NCBI GenBank assembly: GCA_040954595.2
Contig: CM082581.2
Span: 372,001-436,000, forward strand
Origin: Balanoglossus misakiensis
Lineage: Eukaryota > Animalia > Hemichordata
DNA length: 64,000 nt
Reading direction: 5' to 3'
Shown here: piece after piece, positions 1 through 14,156 of the stretch
Layout: each line of letters starts with the position of its first letter
Position numbering within the stretch: the stretch's first letter is position 1
Position numbers and translations under genes: made by a program
Notes under the pieces: generated by a model
Databases searched by the model: none
Told to the model about the DNA's origin: nothing
Seen by the model: the letters and a program-made list of their open reading frames with translations, nothing else

Positions 1-1203
1 TAACATTTGGCTAGCTATATCGTTTATTATTAATGAATTAATTAATATGACTGACTGACTGACTGACTGACTTAATGAATCAATCAATCAATCAATCAAT
101 CACCCAGACATGGCCTGGAAGGATTCACCCCCTGTTGAGATGTTGGCACCCCCTAGCAAATTGTCATGGTCGGGGTGGTCAGTGGCCCTTAAAATGATGT
201 CACTCACATGATAGAGATATTAATTACATAACTCTTTTCCAGAGTGTGCTCTATTTACAGTCTGCACTATATACAGGTACATGTGTAATGATATTTCAAT
301 TACTTTTGGAATCACAGGACAGTAGAAAGGTTGATTGAACAAAAGGTTTTTGAAATTCACTCACCATGTATTGGAACAGCTCTTACAGACATCACATCAT
401 CATTCAACGCTAAATCTTCGTAACTTTTACATACTGTTAATATAAATATAATTACTTTTCTTTAAATATCATCCAAATATTACAATGTTTCTAGCAATTT
501 CATAAACTGCATTAAGATAATACTGTGTGTATGATATATACTTTGTGGATAGGATACAGATCTTTGCTTATTACCAAGAATATAACACCATGTGTTTGGA
601 TTTTAAATGCAGTTCGGAGCTGACTGTGTTGCATTTTGACTGCAAAATTAAAATATTTAGTTACATTTCCTTGCATTTAGTGTTGAAAATGTCACTTTCA
701 GCTTTAAAATGAGCACTGATATCTATGGAACTAGGAGAATTGTGCTTTCTACAACATACAATATTTACATTTAATCAAACAACAGGAGGATATTTGACAG
801 TCAATCAATAAATATGACATACATATGAGTTGCATGTACACAACTAGACACATGTATGCATGTGATATTTAAAGGGACATTAACTGTAACACATGCTCTA
901 CCCAGAACTCCACTTGTCAACATAATCTGTATGTGTGTAACGGCTATTGAAATGAATTCTAGTCCAGACTTGAATTCAAATTTAGAATAACAATACTGAC
1001 TAGACACACCTATATTTCATCATGATTCAGGGATCTGAAGAAGACACTGCAGTAAATACTTAAAACAAAAATATTGAAAACAAAGTGAAAAGTTGTACAG
1101 CTAGTGAAGCTTGAAATATGTTCAGACACAAGTAGAACAGGCAATGAAAACACATTATAAACATTGAGAAAAACACCCAAAGTAACATGTACTACCGGTA
1201 TCT
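1..1203 (+). repeat. Dispersed repeat 'B', direct copy of 35061-36286 (partial inverted copy at 30547-31275)
   Basis: Near-identical colinear sequence, from taacatt(t/a)ggctagctatatcg at 1 and 35061 through tactaccggtatct ending at about 1203 and 36286; includes (GACT)n/(AATC)n microsatellites; the same spurious 61-aa ORF appears at 527, 30557(-) and 35607. Confidence 0.92.
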
Positions 1204-1417
1204 ATGGGGGCTGTTCTGGTCAAAATTGTAGTTTATTACTAAAACATGTTAGAATTAATTTTATAAAGCCTGGAATTAATTTTACCAGTATGTAGAATTA
1301 TTTTTTATGTGCTTTAATTATTTTTTGTAGTCATGCAGAAATCATTTTATGTGTTCTAAATTTTAGCTTATCTTTGTTAGAAATAATTTTGCCAACAATA
1401 TCTCAAATTATTTTTAC

Positions 1418-1573
1418 GTGAACAATCGAATTAATTACAGGTGTAGTGTCGAATTAATTTTACGTGTTGTGTCGAATTAATTTCACGTGTAGTGTCGAAT
1501 TAATATCACCTGTTTGGTCAAATTAATTTCACGTGTTGTGTCGAATTATTTTACGTTGTGTCGAATTAATATT
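1418..1573. repeat. 23-bp minisatellite (gtgtagtgtcgaattaattttac), about 6 copies, decaying leftwards to about 1250
   Basis: Repeated gtcgaattaatt core at 23-bp spacing. Confidence 0.8.
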
Positions 1574-2136
1574 GCCCTTAGAATCCTTTCCGCGTAAATC
1601 AAGATGGCGGCGGCTGAGCATGTCTTTCTCGCTGCATAAAGTTCAAAAAGGGGCCGTTGTACTAGTTGTGAGACGTTTTGGGGTGATTTGCTGTCTAATA
1701 TAAATGCAGTGTGCTCGAAAACGACGATCGGTGCACGAGTTTTGGTCTACAGACAGAATTTTCTAGTCAAACCACTCAAAACCACTACCAGTTGGTGTAA
1801 TCGCCAGCCTTGCTATGGTATAGCCCAGCTCTGCGTACAGTGTTCTTGGCGTGGAGGCTGTGTAACGCCGGGAACACACAGACCTGTACGCAGAGCTAGC
1901 TGTTGCCCCGCGTTGCCAGTTCACCTAGATTGAATAAATTTTGACATCTGAACATACGAAAATTGTGTTAATTTGTTATTTCCCGAACTAAGAAATAGCT
2001 GTAGGGCCAGACCCTGGGAAACGACAAATAAAGTATTCCTTAATATTTCCTTGTAAACTCAAGTTTTGTGTAAATAAATTTGAATTAAAAGGACAAAGTC
2101 TCTCTCTACATAACCATATTTATTGGAAATTTGATA

Positions 2137-2858
2137 GCTTGCATTCTAGATTTACCTCTGGAGGGGGGGGGTGGGGCAAGAGAATTCAATTTTTTTACCG
2201 CTAAATTTCACATGCCCACCGTACACAACCAGAAATATTTTCAAATCCCCCCTTCCGAACTGCCAAAAATTTGAAATTCCCCCATTGTGTCCAAACACAT
2301 CACCTATCTATCTTGTAAAAAAGAAAAACAGTGCTCCCATGAAAAGAATTTGAAACTGATGTTTCCCCTCATCAGTGGGTATTAAAACTGAACATTGTTT
2401 TTATTTTTTAAGTATTTGTATTCTGTGCTGGGAGACATTGAAAAACCGAGAATTGAAGGGGATTTTATAAAATACAGAGCTCAAAGCTGCATTTTAATGA
2501 ACCTGGCAAAAGCAAATTAACTCAACTACCGGTATGTTGGGGAGGACAAATTTAACTGTCGCCGCTCAAAGTTATCATTGGGTGGGGGCAAGACCCCTGA
2601 CCTGGGACACTAGATAAACCAGTCAATGATTGAAAGGTGTTGATGAATGGAGGGGGTGGGTATTAGAAAATTTTGTAAAATAAAGGGCGCAAAACTGTAT
2701 TTTTGTGGACTCAAAATAAATATTTAGTCGTCAAAGTTTTCAAGTCGCCCCTTTCAGTCCCTAAATTATTTCAAATTCCCCCCTTACATACCCTCAATTT
2801 TTTCAAATCCCCCCCTCAATTCTCCCCCCCCCCTGCAGAGGTGTTTGTGAATGCAGCC
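2137..2858 (+). mobile_element. MITE family B copy, left TIR degenerate
   Basis: Colinear with 25185-25931; right TIR gaggtgtttgtgaatgcagcc intact; left end gcttgcattc...cctctggaggggggg partly eroded. Confidence 0.8.
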
Positions 2859-4365
2859 CTACTGTCTATGTATCTCTGTTTACGTCTATGGTGTGGGGTA
2901 ACACAGAAACATAAACAAGTACAGAGATTGTTCAGCAAGTAATGTTAATTGTAGAAAAAAGTATATCAGAACAGCGTTAATGCAAAGTTCCTCAAGAAAG
3001 AGGGACTTTAGTGCTTAATGTTAACAGCTCCTTATGGTGTAACTAGACCTTTACCGATACCGGCGATGCCTCCACACCATAGTACCACAGCTCACAAGCA
3101 TTGCCATAGGCAATGCTGGCGATTATCCCAACTGCGTAGTGACTAGAAAATTCTGTCTGTAGACCAAAACTCGTGCACCGATCGCCGTTTTCTAGCACGG
3201 AAGAAAACGCCTAGAAAACGCCGTGGTCTTCCCGTAAACGTTGGAATCACACTGCAGTGGTCGCCTGATTCAACCAGTAAAGGTCACATGAGGTCATCAA
3301 TTGTTGTCGGTTTTCTGGTTGAATATTCTCTGAAAGCACGCCTTTTGCAAATTTGCAAATTTGCAATTGGTGTCAGTAGTCATGAACTTTAATGTATGGA
3401 GCATCACTCGGCCCCAGTTACTGAGTTGCGATAGGGCGAAATCAACAGCGGAAACTGATTGTCGATCGTCTATGTCTCAAGCTTACCTTGTTTACGGACT
3501 GAATCAGGGGACTGCAGCAGCGTTATTTCGACGAATGTGATTCTACCCACACATTAAGTCGTGAAAACTATCTGTGATATCTTAAAACACACTAAATACT
3601 GTAATGTTTCAATACTCACTGCGCCAAATATGTATATAGGAATAATGATGGTGGACAGTGTGGGGGCATGACTTGCAGAAAACAGCTGGTTGCTCGCTCC
3701 TTGGCTTCGCATGTTTTCCGCTATTCTTTCACAGAAATATTGACACTGTCCTGGATGTGTAACGAACACTGGCCAAGTAACGTCCATAGAAAAGGCGACA
3801 TTGGAGTTGACGACAGAAAAAATGTGCCATTAAAACGAACTGGCAGATTCGCTAGCCTGCATCTCAAATGTGTTTACAACGAAGACGCTGTAAGGGGTCA
3901 AAGTCTACGGGTCGAAGGTCAGCAACAGCGTCCTCGTGGGGTATATTCTGCGGGACAATCCCTCTTTCTGGAGTGTCCAACGGAAGAAGCGGGTGGGTCT
4001 GCTTCTTCCGCTGCACTCTTTTCGGGAGCGCAGCGGAAGAAGCAGAGGGGTCTGGGTAACCAAACTTGTTATCTGAGGTATACAAGAAACTTGAGTAAAC
4101 AAGAGACAATTTCAAAGATCTTTGAAAACACAGATGAGAGCGAAATAGGTCGATAATAAAGGTTGCACCATTCTAGATTTCATGAAGTAATGGTAACTAA
4201 TAACCTGCAATTGCTGAATTTTAACGAAAAGAAATAAAAAAATCAACAAACTGACTCTGTTATGTAACGCTTTGTGTAAATTGGTACATTAGAGTTGAGT
4301 TGATATGCCGAATTATTGCAGAATCTAACAGGAAATGGGATGGGAGAACCTCAGGCTACCATGAC

Positions 4366-4570
4366 TACTGTTAGGCCTAAACACTTTATTTTCGCAAGTT
4401 GAAATTTTCGCGATATCGTAAGAGGCCACTGTTTTAATTCCCGAGTTTTAATATTCGCGTTCTCTTATTTTATTCACTGCATCGTCATCTTCAAAAAAAT
4501 TACGCGACTTTTTATTTTCACGCTATTTTGGCTCGCGCGTATTTCGCGAAAATTTATTGTCTTTTACAGC
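4366..4570. mobile_element. Small MITE-like element with tactgt...tttacagca ends and internal ttttcgcg motifs
   Basis: Imperfect terminal inverted ends, repeated (a/t)ttttcgc(g) motifs and a terminal tttcgcgaaa palindrome. Confidence 0.45.
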
Positions 4571-4909
4571 ATATACAAAGGAGTGGATTTCAGCTCCTAA
4601 AGTCAGGGGGTTCCAACACATTTCAGTTCATTCTACACCCTGTTCTACACTAAAGGAGTTCGTTCCAGAGTGGGGTCCAGCCTGGACTACAGGCCTTGTC
4701 CAGTATATCAACGGTTGATCCTTTTTGAAATAAAGTCATAGGCCTATCATTGGCGTTTAAATCTACTCTACTCGTGTTTCCGTCTCTGCATCAACCGACA
4801 TTCCGACCAGACTCTACGAATTTATCCCACCAATTATGGGCTGAGGGAAATATTTGCCATTTGGGGACAATTTTCTCTCCAAAATCGGCATGATCGGTAC
4901 ATAATGTTA

Positions 4910-5537
4910 GGGAGCATTCGTTTTTTACAGGGAGGGGGGGGGGGGCGGTGGAATTTGAGTCGCCGACTAAATGTAAAAGACAACCCCCCTTCGAAATTAC
5001 TTTTCTAAAATGTGTCCCCCCCCTAAATTCTTCAATTGTAAAATGTGACCCCCCCCCCCCCAAAAAAAGAGTTTATCCTCCGGATTAAACTTGAAATCCC
5101 CCTCCCCATTTTCTTTCACAGAGCAAAACACATCACCTCTATATCTTGTAAAAAAGAAAAACAGCGCTCCCATGAAAAGAATTTGAAACCGATGTTTCCC
5201 CTCATCATCAAAACTGAACAGTTTTTATTTTTTAAGTATTTGTATTCTGTGTTGGGAGACATTGTAAACCGAGAATTGAAGGGGTGGGTTTGGGAGGGGG
5301 TGTCCCCCTCCCACATTAGAAAATTTTGTAAAATAAAGGGCGTGAAACTGCATTTTTGTGGACTCAAAATAAATATTTAGCCGTCAAAGTTTCAGTCAAG
5401 TCCCCCCCTTTCAGTCCCTATATAATAATCCCTTGATTATAAAATTTGTCCCCCCCTAAAAACTGCTTTGTAAAAGTAAACCCCCCCCCCTGATTTCCAC
5501 CGCCCCCCCCCCCTCCCTGTAAAAAACGAATGCTCCC
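4910..5537 (+). mobile_element. MITE family A, short chimeric derivative; TTA target duplication (PIF/Harbinger- or Zator-type)
   Basis: TIR gggagcattcgttttttacagggaggggg...gcggtggaa and its inverse ending 5537; TTA at 4907-4909 and 5538-5540; interior made of MITE-B internal fragments. Confidence 0.88.
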
Positions 5538-8323
5538 TTACGCATCCGAGCCTACTCGGTGTGAAAAAATGTTGATTCTGTAGGCCAGTGTAGGCCTAAA
5601 TTGCTATCAAATACAAGTTTTAAATATCTCAAAATTCATGTTTGGGAATGAAACTTTTGCAGAGTTCGTCTATTAAAATATGAAAAGACGTTTTACTTTT
5701 ACAGTTTTACTTTCCAGTACTGGTCTGTTCCCCCGCCCATTCCCACGCTGACTGCGCTATAGGCTAAAAGGAAAGGATGGCTTTGCTCGTCACCGTGACT
5801 GTAGCGAAAGGGAATCACTATATAACATCCGCTGTATTAGATACACTGCCCGGGGAAACTTTCATAGCAGTCTGGGCCATCTGGCCTTATATATTACACG
5901 GCTTGCAATGAACACTCGTACTTGGAGCCAGCTGACAAAAAAAACAAAACATGGCCTTGGGGGCGCTGTATAGTCGTGGTGTCATGGCGGGGCGATTTGA
6001 ATCTCTGACTTCCATCGCTCGGATTGAATGGATCGCGAAGCCCTCAAAATGGAATATTATTCCTGAAATACTGGTTCCAAGTATTCGCCAGAGGTCCAGG
6101 TGCAAGTTTTATCATGAACAGTTCAAGTTTCTTGTGTATTTCTAGCGCAGGCAGTGGAAGTTGTCCAACGTAATGGAATTTTACACGATTGCGTCACAAG
6201 GTGTCATGGCGGACTTTATCTCTCTGACGAGAATATTCGGGATGGATGCCGTCACTGAACGCGAAGAATAGTATATTATGATTAGTGTGCGCGTTTGAAT
6301 CCAAATGTTATGCTGGAGTCCCTCTGAAGATGTTACACAGTGTGCATGGAATATCGTTGGTCGACTTGAACGTTTCAGTGAGTACATTAGGTCCTATTTA
6401 ATTAAATTTAATATCGTGTTTACGAAAAAACATGCCGTGACATAATTTGTGACCCCGGCCAGCATTGATGAAGGATTCAATTTTATTACACATATTCATA
6501 GTAAGCGAAAAATTGGGTTTCAGATGCATTTTTAGGCTTTTTATATCATAATAACGAGTTTGTATGAATGTTTACTCATAGTCGTATTCATACAACAAGC
6601 TAAATAGTCAGTAGTTCCATAGCAAACCAAAACTATCCATATAAAGCATGACTAGACAAATTTCTATCCGAGCAATTACAACTTGAATTTCACTAGAGTA
6701 GCAACGCTCATAAAGTTGACTGAAACGTTGTGTTTAGGTCCCATGGTATGTATGTCAATCCAAATAAAAAAACTTGGAAACCACTTGGCATATCACCTTG
6801 ATATAAACGAAGTTGTCATTCTCAAAAATATGCAAATTAGCTTGAACATGTGAAATTGGTCAAAACTCCGAAACTCAACAACTATTGGGCAAATTACTTT
6901 GAAAATTGGTATGAATGTACCTTATGTCAACCACTGAACCTCATACAGTCCTCAAAATTTTAGTTAATATCATGAATTTTCTATTTTTATGAAGATTTTA
7001 GTCTTTTTTTATATTATAGACTGTAAACAATCATGGGTTGATTGCTTTAAAATTTATTATGAAGCTTCCAATAGGTAATCTAAGTCATTTTTTCCAGTTT
7101 GTTGCATAATTTGCATATTTGTAATTTTTGGGTAATTTTTATGATTTTTTGTAAAAAATCATTTCTCTGAAACCTCTTGTCCAGAATCATTAGGATTTTG
7201 GTAGGCATGTTCCTAGGGATAACCCAAGTAAGCTGTCGTACATACCTTGTTGGTGAAATTTCCATATTCGTGTTCTTGGGGCAATTTTGGGGGATTTTGC
7301 GCAAAAAAATTGTTTTCTATGAAACCGTTTGTCAGATTGCTTTGAATTTTTGTAGGCACATTCCTTATGGTGATTGAAGTAAGACATTGTACAATTCTGG
7401 TGATATTTGCATTCTTGTGTTTTTACCACTTTTGAAGCAATATTGCTGTGACATTTTGTGGGAATTATCATGTGGGAACTCAAGTAGGTAATGAAAAGTG
7501 TTGGTGAAATTTGTGTTCTTAGGGCAATTTTTGGTGTATTGGGTCTTAATTAGGCGCTTGGGTCCCTACTGTAATTACTGGAGTTTTTTTTTCTTTTTTC
7601 TTGAGTCATTTTAATTTTTTGTTCACCTAGATCTCAGAAACTGCGCTTCTGAACCTTGGCATATAAAGGTTGGCAAACACATCTGGTCACTGATAACATA
7701 CTTTGTATAAATAGTGGGACTTTTTTGTTTTGGTTATGTAAATGTCTCCATACACAATATTTTTAGCCTGTCAATATGATTTTTCCACAGCGGACACAAT
7801 GTGTGTTTGTGCTGTGGTGAATCTAGGATCAGAGATTTGAGTTCATTTTTGCCGGTGGTCTCCACTTTAAGGGCCTTTTGATAATGAGAGGGACATTTTT
7901 TCTGTTGCCATTATGACAATCATACTAGTATACAAATATTCATAAAGTAAGGCAAGATTGAGAGTAAGAATTGCAGAGAATTCCATTGCAGTTTTAGTCT
8001 GTACACTGCACTGCAATTACACCCCATGTAAAGTGTAGGAATAAAATTGTGCTATCTAATCTTTTTTTCGGTGTGATCATGATTATCAATGATGATTTGT
8101 GAAGCATTTTCCAATATTTTACAATGTGAGCTGCTGTTCTGAGTCAATGATCTGAATTGCACATTTGCATAAAGTTCAAAAGAATAGCACCCTTGATTCA
8201 AACACCAACTGTATCATCTTAATGTTGAACTGCCTGTGGTAACATTTTCTGGGCTTTTACTGAGGAGACTATTGACAATTGACCATGTCTGCGTCTATTC
8301 AAGTATTTCAGCATTCTCAGCCT

Positions 8324-8669
8324 AGGAAGTTAAACGGACAAAGTCTCTCTCTCCCTGCCCTTTTCCCATTAATTAGGTTTGATACAACACACTGTTTATG
8401 TTAATGAACATTTGTATATGTAGTGAATGTACATTCAACAACACACAAATTGAGAGTGAAAGCTCACCCAAAATGAATAAATGGTAGACACTGATTATTC
8501 ATTTTGGCGAGTTTTTCACTCTCATGTCTACAAGCGGGATGGAAGTTGTGTGTGGTTGAACGTTGGTTCACTATATATCCACATATACATTAACATAAAC
8601 GGTGTCTTGTATCAAACATAATTATTGGGAAAAGGGTAGCAAAGAGAGACTTTGTCCTTTAACTTTCCT
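8324..8669. mobile_element. Palindromic MITE (about 345 bp) with long imperfect TIRs
   Basis: aggaagttaaacggacaaagtctctct versus agagagactttgtcctttaactttcct; arms stay complementary for about 120 bp; a remnant of the same end lies at about 2085-2107. Confidence 0.75.
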
Positions 8670-9679
8670 GCTTAGAACTATAGTAAATGTTCTCCTAAAT
8701 TTTAAAATTTAGGATTATAATATAAGGCTCTGTAGTTATCTCATTTTTATATGTGGATGAGAACTGGCAACAGTTTTATAAACAACTTTATACAAATTTG
8801 AAGATGAAAACATATGAGTTCCTCTTACCCATGATTTCTATATTTTTTGAAAGTTTTGATTTTGTGCTCAAAATTGTTTTCAACTTTCTTAAATTGCAGG
8901 AGGAACTTTCCATGTGATCTAGCCGACAGGACTTGTGGGAAAAAGTTGAAGATTACAGAAATAGATGTACATTATAGCAGCCGAGCTTTGAGCAGGGAAG
9001 TAAAATTTTTTATACGATGTACTTTATTGTTTTACTTGACAGCTTAAATATTGCATAATTGGCAGATGGTGCAGAATTCTGGCTGCCTTTAATAGGTGTT
9101 CACTTTGTGCTAGGGGGTCAAATCACATTATAATAATTGCATTCTGGGTAAAAAGTCGACAACTCACTGTAGTAAGAGATAGAATAAATGATATGTTTAC
9201 TGTATGTTATGACTTTCTTTGGTCAAACATGTCTGTCTTTGTACTTAACATATCAAACTCATTAAACTTTTTTCACATTTTGTTATTTTTTCTGTTACAA
9301 AGATTCAGAAAGACTCAATATCACTTTAGCTCATGAACTCCCATTTCTTAAACATGGCAAAAATCGGCCATCTTGAAATTGTGTCGACCATATTATGAGA
9401 TTTTCATCACTCACTTAGGTAGCTTAAAACCTATTTAAGGTAGGGAGGATTAAAAACGACATGGTAGGCATCTGCTTTTCAGTTTGGATTAACTTCATGA
9501 TGTTCAAATGCAAATTACGGCAAAGAGGATGATCACACCAGTCACGTTGAAATTGGAGCAGTAATATTCTTAAAATCAATGACAATTGAAAGACAAATGT
9601 AATATGAGAAAAAAAATGATTAGGAATAATAGGATGAATAATAGGAGGATGATAATAAAATAACTAAAAATAATGACTA

Positions 9680-9810
9680 CAATGATGATGATGATAATGA
9701 TGATTGTGATGATGATGATAATGATGATGATGATTATTATAATGAGGATGATGATGACAATAATGATGATGAAGATGTTACAAAAACAGTAACAATGATG
9801 ATGATGATTA
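9680..9810. repeat. Imperfect (GAT)n microsatellite
   Basis: gatgatgat/gataat runs. Confidence 0.85.
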
Positions 9811-10594
9811 GTTCTTTATATCTGTGTAAGAAAGACACCAATAATAGTAGTTTCTGCAGAGCATATGTCAATGTGGTATTGTCTGGTTTTGGTGGATCTT
9901 CAGGATACTTTGAGACGCAATAGGTTGGAGAATGAATATGTCTTGAGTGGTATAGGTGGTTAATATTTGTTTCTTAGTGGTCTTAATTTAATCCAGAATA
10001 ATGGGTGTAATGTTGTATCTGTTACTAGCGTTAGCATTGTGGTTGTAGTGGTATAAAATAACAGAAATAATAATGTAAGTAAAGGTTTAATTTAACCATA
10101 AATATATGTTACACAGAGATGTATTTTCATCCAGACAATCAGTCACATTCATCTTAAATATTCGTCAGAATTGGTAGCCTAATGTTTATGCATAGTTCAA
10201 GTTTGCATTACATACTTTGTGATTCTGTGTACAGAGTTTTGCAAAGCAAATGTGTTTGTACAAACCAGGGTAAAATGATCCTAGTACATAGAGCTGTTGG
10301 TGAAAATTTATGACTGGTATAGATATATATCATTGATATGCCTGTTATTAAATGAATTAAATAAAGTTTTCTTTTTTTCTAGGAATGCACTTCATATGAA
10401 TCCCTGTTGCCTCGTATCATTTTAATGTACAAATGTAGCAGCCATTTTGCTTGACATGTAAAATATATCATGTAACGGGTTCGTCTGTGTTTCAGACAAA
10501 ATGCATGCATGCAAATTTAAATACAGTTACCATGGTAAATGGAGATCTGTACTAACTGGTACAGCAGTTTTAACCGTAACATAGCGGTGTTGAA

Positions 10595-11075
10595 TATGAT
10601 AATACTGGTAATAGTGATGACAATGAATGTGAATCTGGTGGTACTGGTGATACTGATTAAGATAATAATGGTGGTGATGGTGATGATGATGGTGATGATG
10701 GTGATAATAATGGTGGTGATGGTGATACTGATGGTGATAATAGTGGTGGTGATGGTGATGATGATGATAATAATGGTGGTGATGGTGATGATGATGGTGA
10801 TAATAATGGTGGTGATGGTGATACTGATGGTGATAATAGTGGTGGTGATGGTGATAATGATGGTGATGATAGTGATAATAATGGTGATGATGGTGATAAT
10901 GATGGTGATGATGGTGATAATAATGGTAGTGATGGTGATACTGATGGTGATGATGGTGATAATAATGGTGGTGATGGTGATAATGATGGTGATGATGGTG
11001 ATACTGATGGTGATGGTGGTGATACTGATGGTGATGGTGATAATAATGGTTTAGATGGTGATACTGATGATATGG

Positions 11076-11135
<60 letters not shown>

Positions 11136-11140
11136 CGATA
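10595..11140. repeat. Compound (GGT/GAT/AAT)n trinucleotide repeat ending in pure (GAT)n
   Basis: Direct reading; accounts for the M/V/I-rich ORF at 10539-11054. Confidence 0.95.
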
Positions 11141-11369
11141 CTTATAAAAATAAAAATATCATACTCACATGTAATGACACAAAGCTTTGTAAATGGGTGA
11201 TCTGCTGGGTGCAGTCATGCTCTCAGGTGTTTTTTATTAAAACTTGCACACATGTGGGTGTTCCCATTCTGACCTGGCCAGTCAGATTTGGGGATGTCAT
11301 AACCTTGCACTCTCAAACATGAAATACCATATAAGTAACCACGCACTCAGAAGTTTCTGATTTATCAAA

Positions 11370-14156
11370 CTAGTTAATAATATTACACTATGGAATTTGT
11401 GGTGTTATAACATGAACAGTGTTTCACAATTGTAAACAAACAACCTGTGTGAAACCAGGGTGTTCTTATTGATAATGATGGGGGAAGGGGGTTGTCAGTG
11501 ATTACAAATTTTTGTGTCAGGTACTGTAGCTTGGTATGAGAACTTTAAACTAACCTGCAGTATTAAAATGCTGCACCATGATGTGATTAATTCCATTAAT
11601 AATTTTACCAAGCATGTGTTCTTAAGGGAACAATGTTTCACAATCGTAAACAAACAACCTGTGTGAACCAATGTGTTCATAATGATGGGGTAGGGGGTTA
11701 CAGCGATTACAATTTTTTGTTTCAGGTACTGTAACTTGATATGAAAACTTTGAACTAATCTGCAGTATTAAAATGCTGCACCATGTTGTGTTGTACCATT
11801 AATAATTTTACTATGCTTGTGTTATTAAGTGAACAGTGTTTCACAATCGTAAACGAACAGCCAGTGTGGTAATGATCGGGGGTGGGGGTTGTCAGGGGTG
11901 GGGGCTGTCAGCGATTACAAATTTTTGTTTCAGGTACTGTAGCTTGATATGAAAACTTTGAACTAATCTGCAGTATTAAATTGGTGCACCATGATGTGTT
12001 TTATCATTAATAATTTTGCCATGCTTGTCTTATTAAGTAAACAGTGTTTCACGATCATAAACAAACAATCTGTGTGAAACCAATGTGTTCTAATTGGTAA
12101 TGATCGGGGGTGGGGGTTGTCAGTGATTACAAATTTTTGTTTCAGGTACTGTAGCTTGATATGAAAACTTTGAACTAATCTGCAGTATTAAATTGCTGCA
12201 CCATGATGTGTTTTATCATTAATAATTCTACTATGCTTGTGTTAATTAAGTGAACAGTGTTTCACGATCGTAAACAAGTAACCAACGTGAAACCAAGGTG
12301 TTCTAATTGGTAATGATCGGGTGTGGGAGGTGTCAGGGTTGGGGGGTGTAAGTGATTACAATTTTTTGTTTCAGGTACTGTAGCTTGATATGAAAACCTT
12401 GAACTAATCTGCAGTATTAAATTGCTGCACCATGATGTGTTTTATCATTAATAATTCTACTATGCTTGTGTTAATTAAGTGAACAGTGTTTCACGATCGT
12501 AAACAAGTAACCAACGTGAAACCAAGGTGTTCTAATTGGTAATGATCGGGTGTGGGAGGTGTCAGGGTTGGGGGGTGTAAGTGATTACAATTTTTTGTTT
12601 CAGGTACTGTAGCTTGATATGAAAACCTTGAACTAATCTGCAGTATAAAATGCTGCACCATGATGGGTTTTATCATTAAAAATTTTACCATGCTTATGTT
12701 AATTAAGTGAACAGTGTTTCACAATCGTAAACAAACAACCTGTGTGAAACCATGGTGTTCTAATTGGTAATGATCGGGGGTGGGGGGTGTCAGGGTTGGG
12801 GGGTGTAAGTGAATACAATTTTTTGTTTCAGGTACTGTAGCTTGATATGAAAACTTTGAACTAATCTGCAGTATTAAAATGCTGCACCATGATGTGTTTT
12901 ATCAGTAATAATTCTACTATGCTTGTGTTAATTAAGTGAACAGTGTTTCACAATCGTAAACAAACAACCTGTGTGAAACCAAGTGTTCAAATTGATAATG
13001 ATTGGGGGAGGGGGGTGTCAGCGATAATAAATTTTTGTTTCAGGTACTGTAGCTTGATATGAAAACCTTGAACTAATCTGCAGTATTAAAATGCTGCACC
13101 ATAATGTGTTTTATCATTAATAATTTGACTATGCTTGTGTTCTTAAGTGAACAGTGTTTCACAATCGTAAACAAACAACCTGTGTGAACCAAGGTGTTCA
13201 TCATGATCGGGGGTGGGGGGTGTCAGGGGAGGGGGGTGTCAGTGATTACAAATTTTTGTTTCAGGTACTGTAGCTTGATATGAAAAGTTTGACCTAACCT
13301 GCAGTATTAAAATGCTGCACCATATTTAGTGAACAGTGTCTCACAATCGTAAACAAACAACCTGTGTGAAACCAAGTGTTCAAATTGATAATGATGGGGG
13401 GAGGGGGGTGTCAGCGATAATAAATTTTTGTTTCAGGTACTGTAGCTTGATATGAAAACCTTGAACTAATCTGCAGTATTAAAATGCTGCACCATAATGT
13501 GTTTTATCATTAATAATTTGACTATGCTTGTGTTCTTAAGTGAACAGTGTTTCACAATCGTAAACAAACAACCTGTGTGAATCAATGTGTTCATCCTGAT
13601 CGGGGGTGGGAGGGGGGGGGGTTGTCAGGGGAGGGGGGTGTCAGTGATTACAAATTTTTGTTTCAGGTACTGTAGCTTGATATGAAAACTTTGAACTAAC
13701 CTGCAGTATTAATAAAATGCTGCACCATGATGTGTTTTATAATCATTAATAATTTTACTATGCTTGTGTTATTAAGTAAACAGTGTTTTGCAATCGTAAA
13801 CAAATAACCTGTGTGAAACCAAGTGTTCTAATTGATAATGATGGGGGGTGGGGGGTGTCAGGGGTGGGGGGTGTAAGAGATTACCAATTTTTGTTTCAGG
13901 TACTGTAGCTTGATATGAAAACTTTGAACTAACCTGCAGTATTAATAAAATTCTGCACCATGATGTGTTTTATCATTAATAATTTTACTATGCTTGTGTT
14001 ATTAAGTGAACAGTGTTTCACAATCGTAAACAAATAACCTGTGTGAACCAAGGTGTTCATAATGATGGGGGTGGGGGTGCCAGCGATTCATAATGATGGG
14101 GGTGTCAGTGATTACAAATTTTTGTTTCAGGTACTGTAGCTTGATATGAAAACTTC
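11370..14156. repeat. Tandem satellite, unit mostly about 205-230 bp, about 13 copies, with a variable G-rich segment
   Basis: tcaggtactgta anchor at about 11517, 11722, 11929, 12141, 12370, 12599, 12827, 13039, 13260, 13432, 13662, 13875, 14126. Confidence 0.95.

Noticed and set aside
3668-4156. 162-aa ORF
   Set aside because: No recognisable domain; overlaps a hairpin-containing repeat and has several overlapping ORFs on both strands
6700-7580. Helentron/HINE-like non-autonomous element
   Set aside because: Composition is suggestive, but I could not define termini, subterminal inverted repeats or a target site
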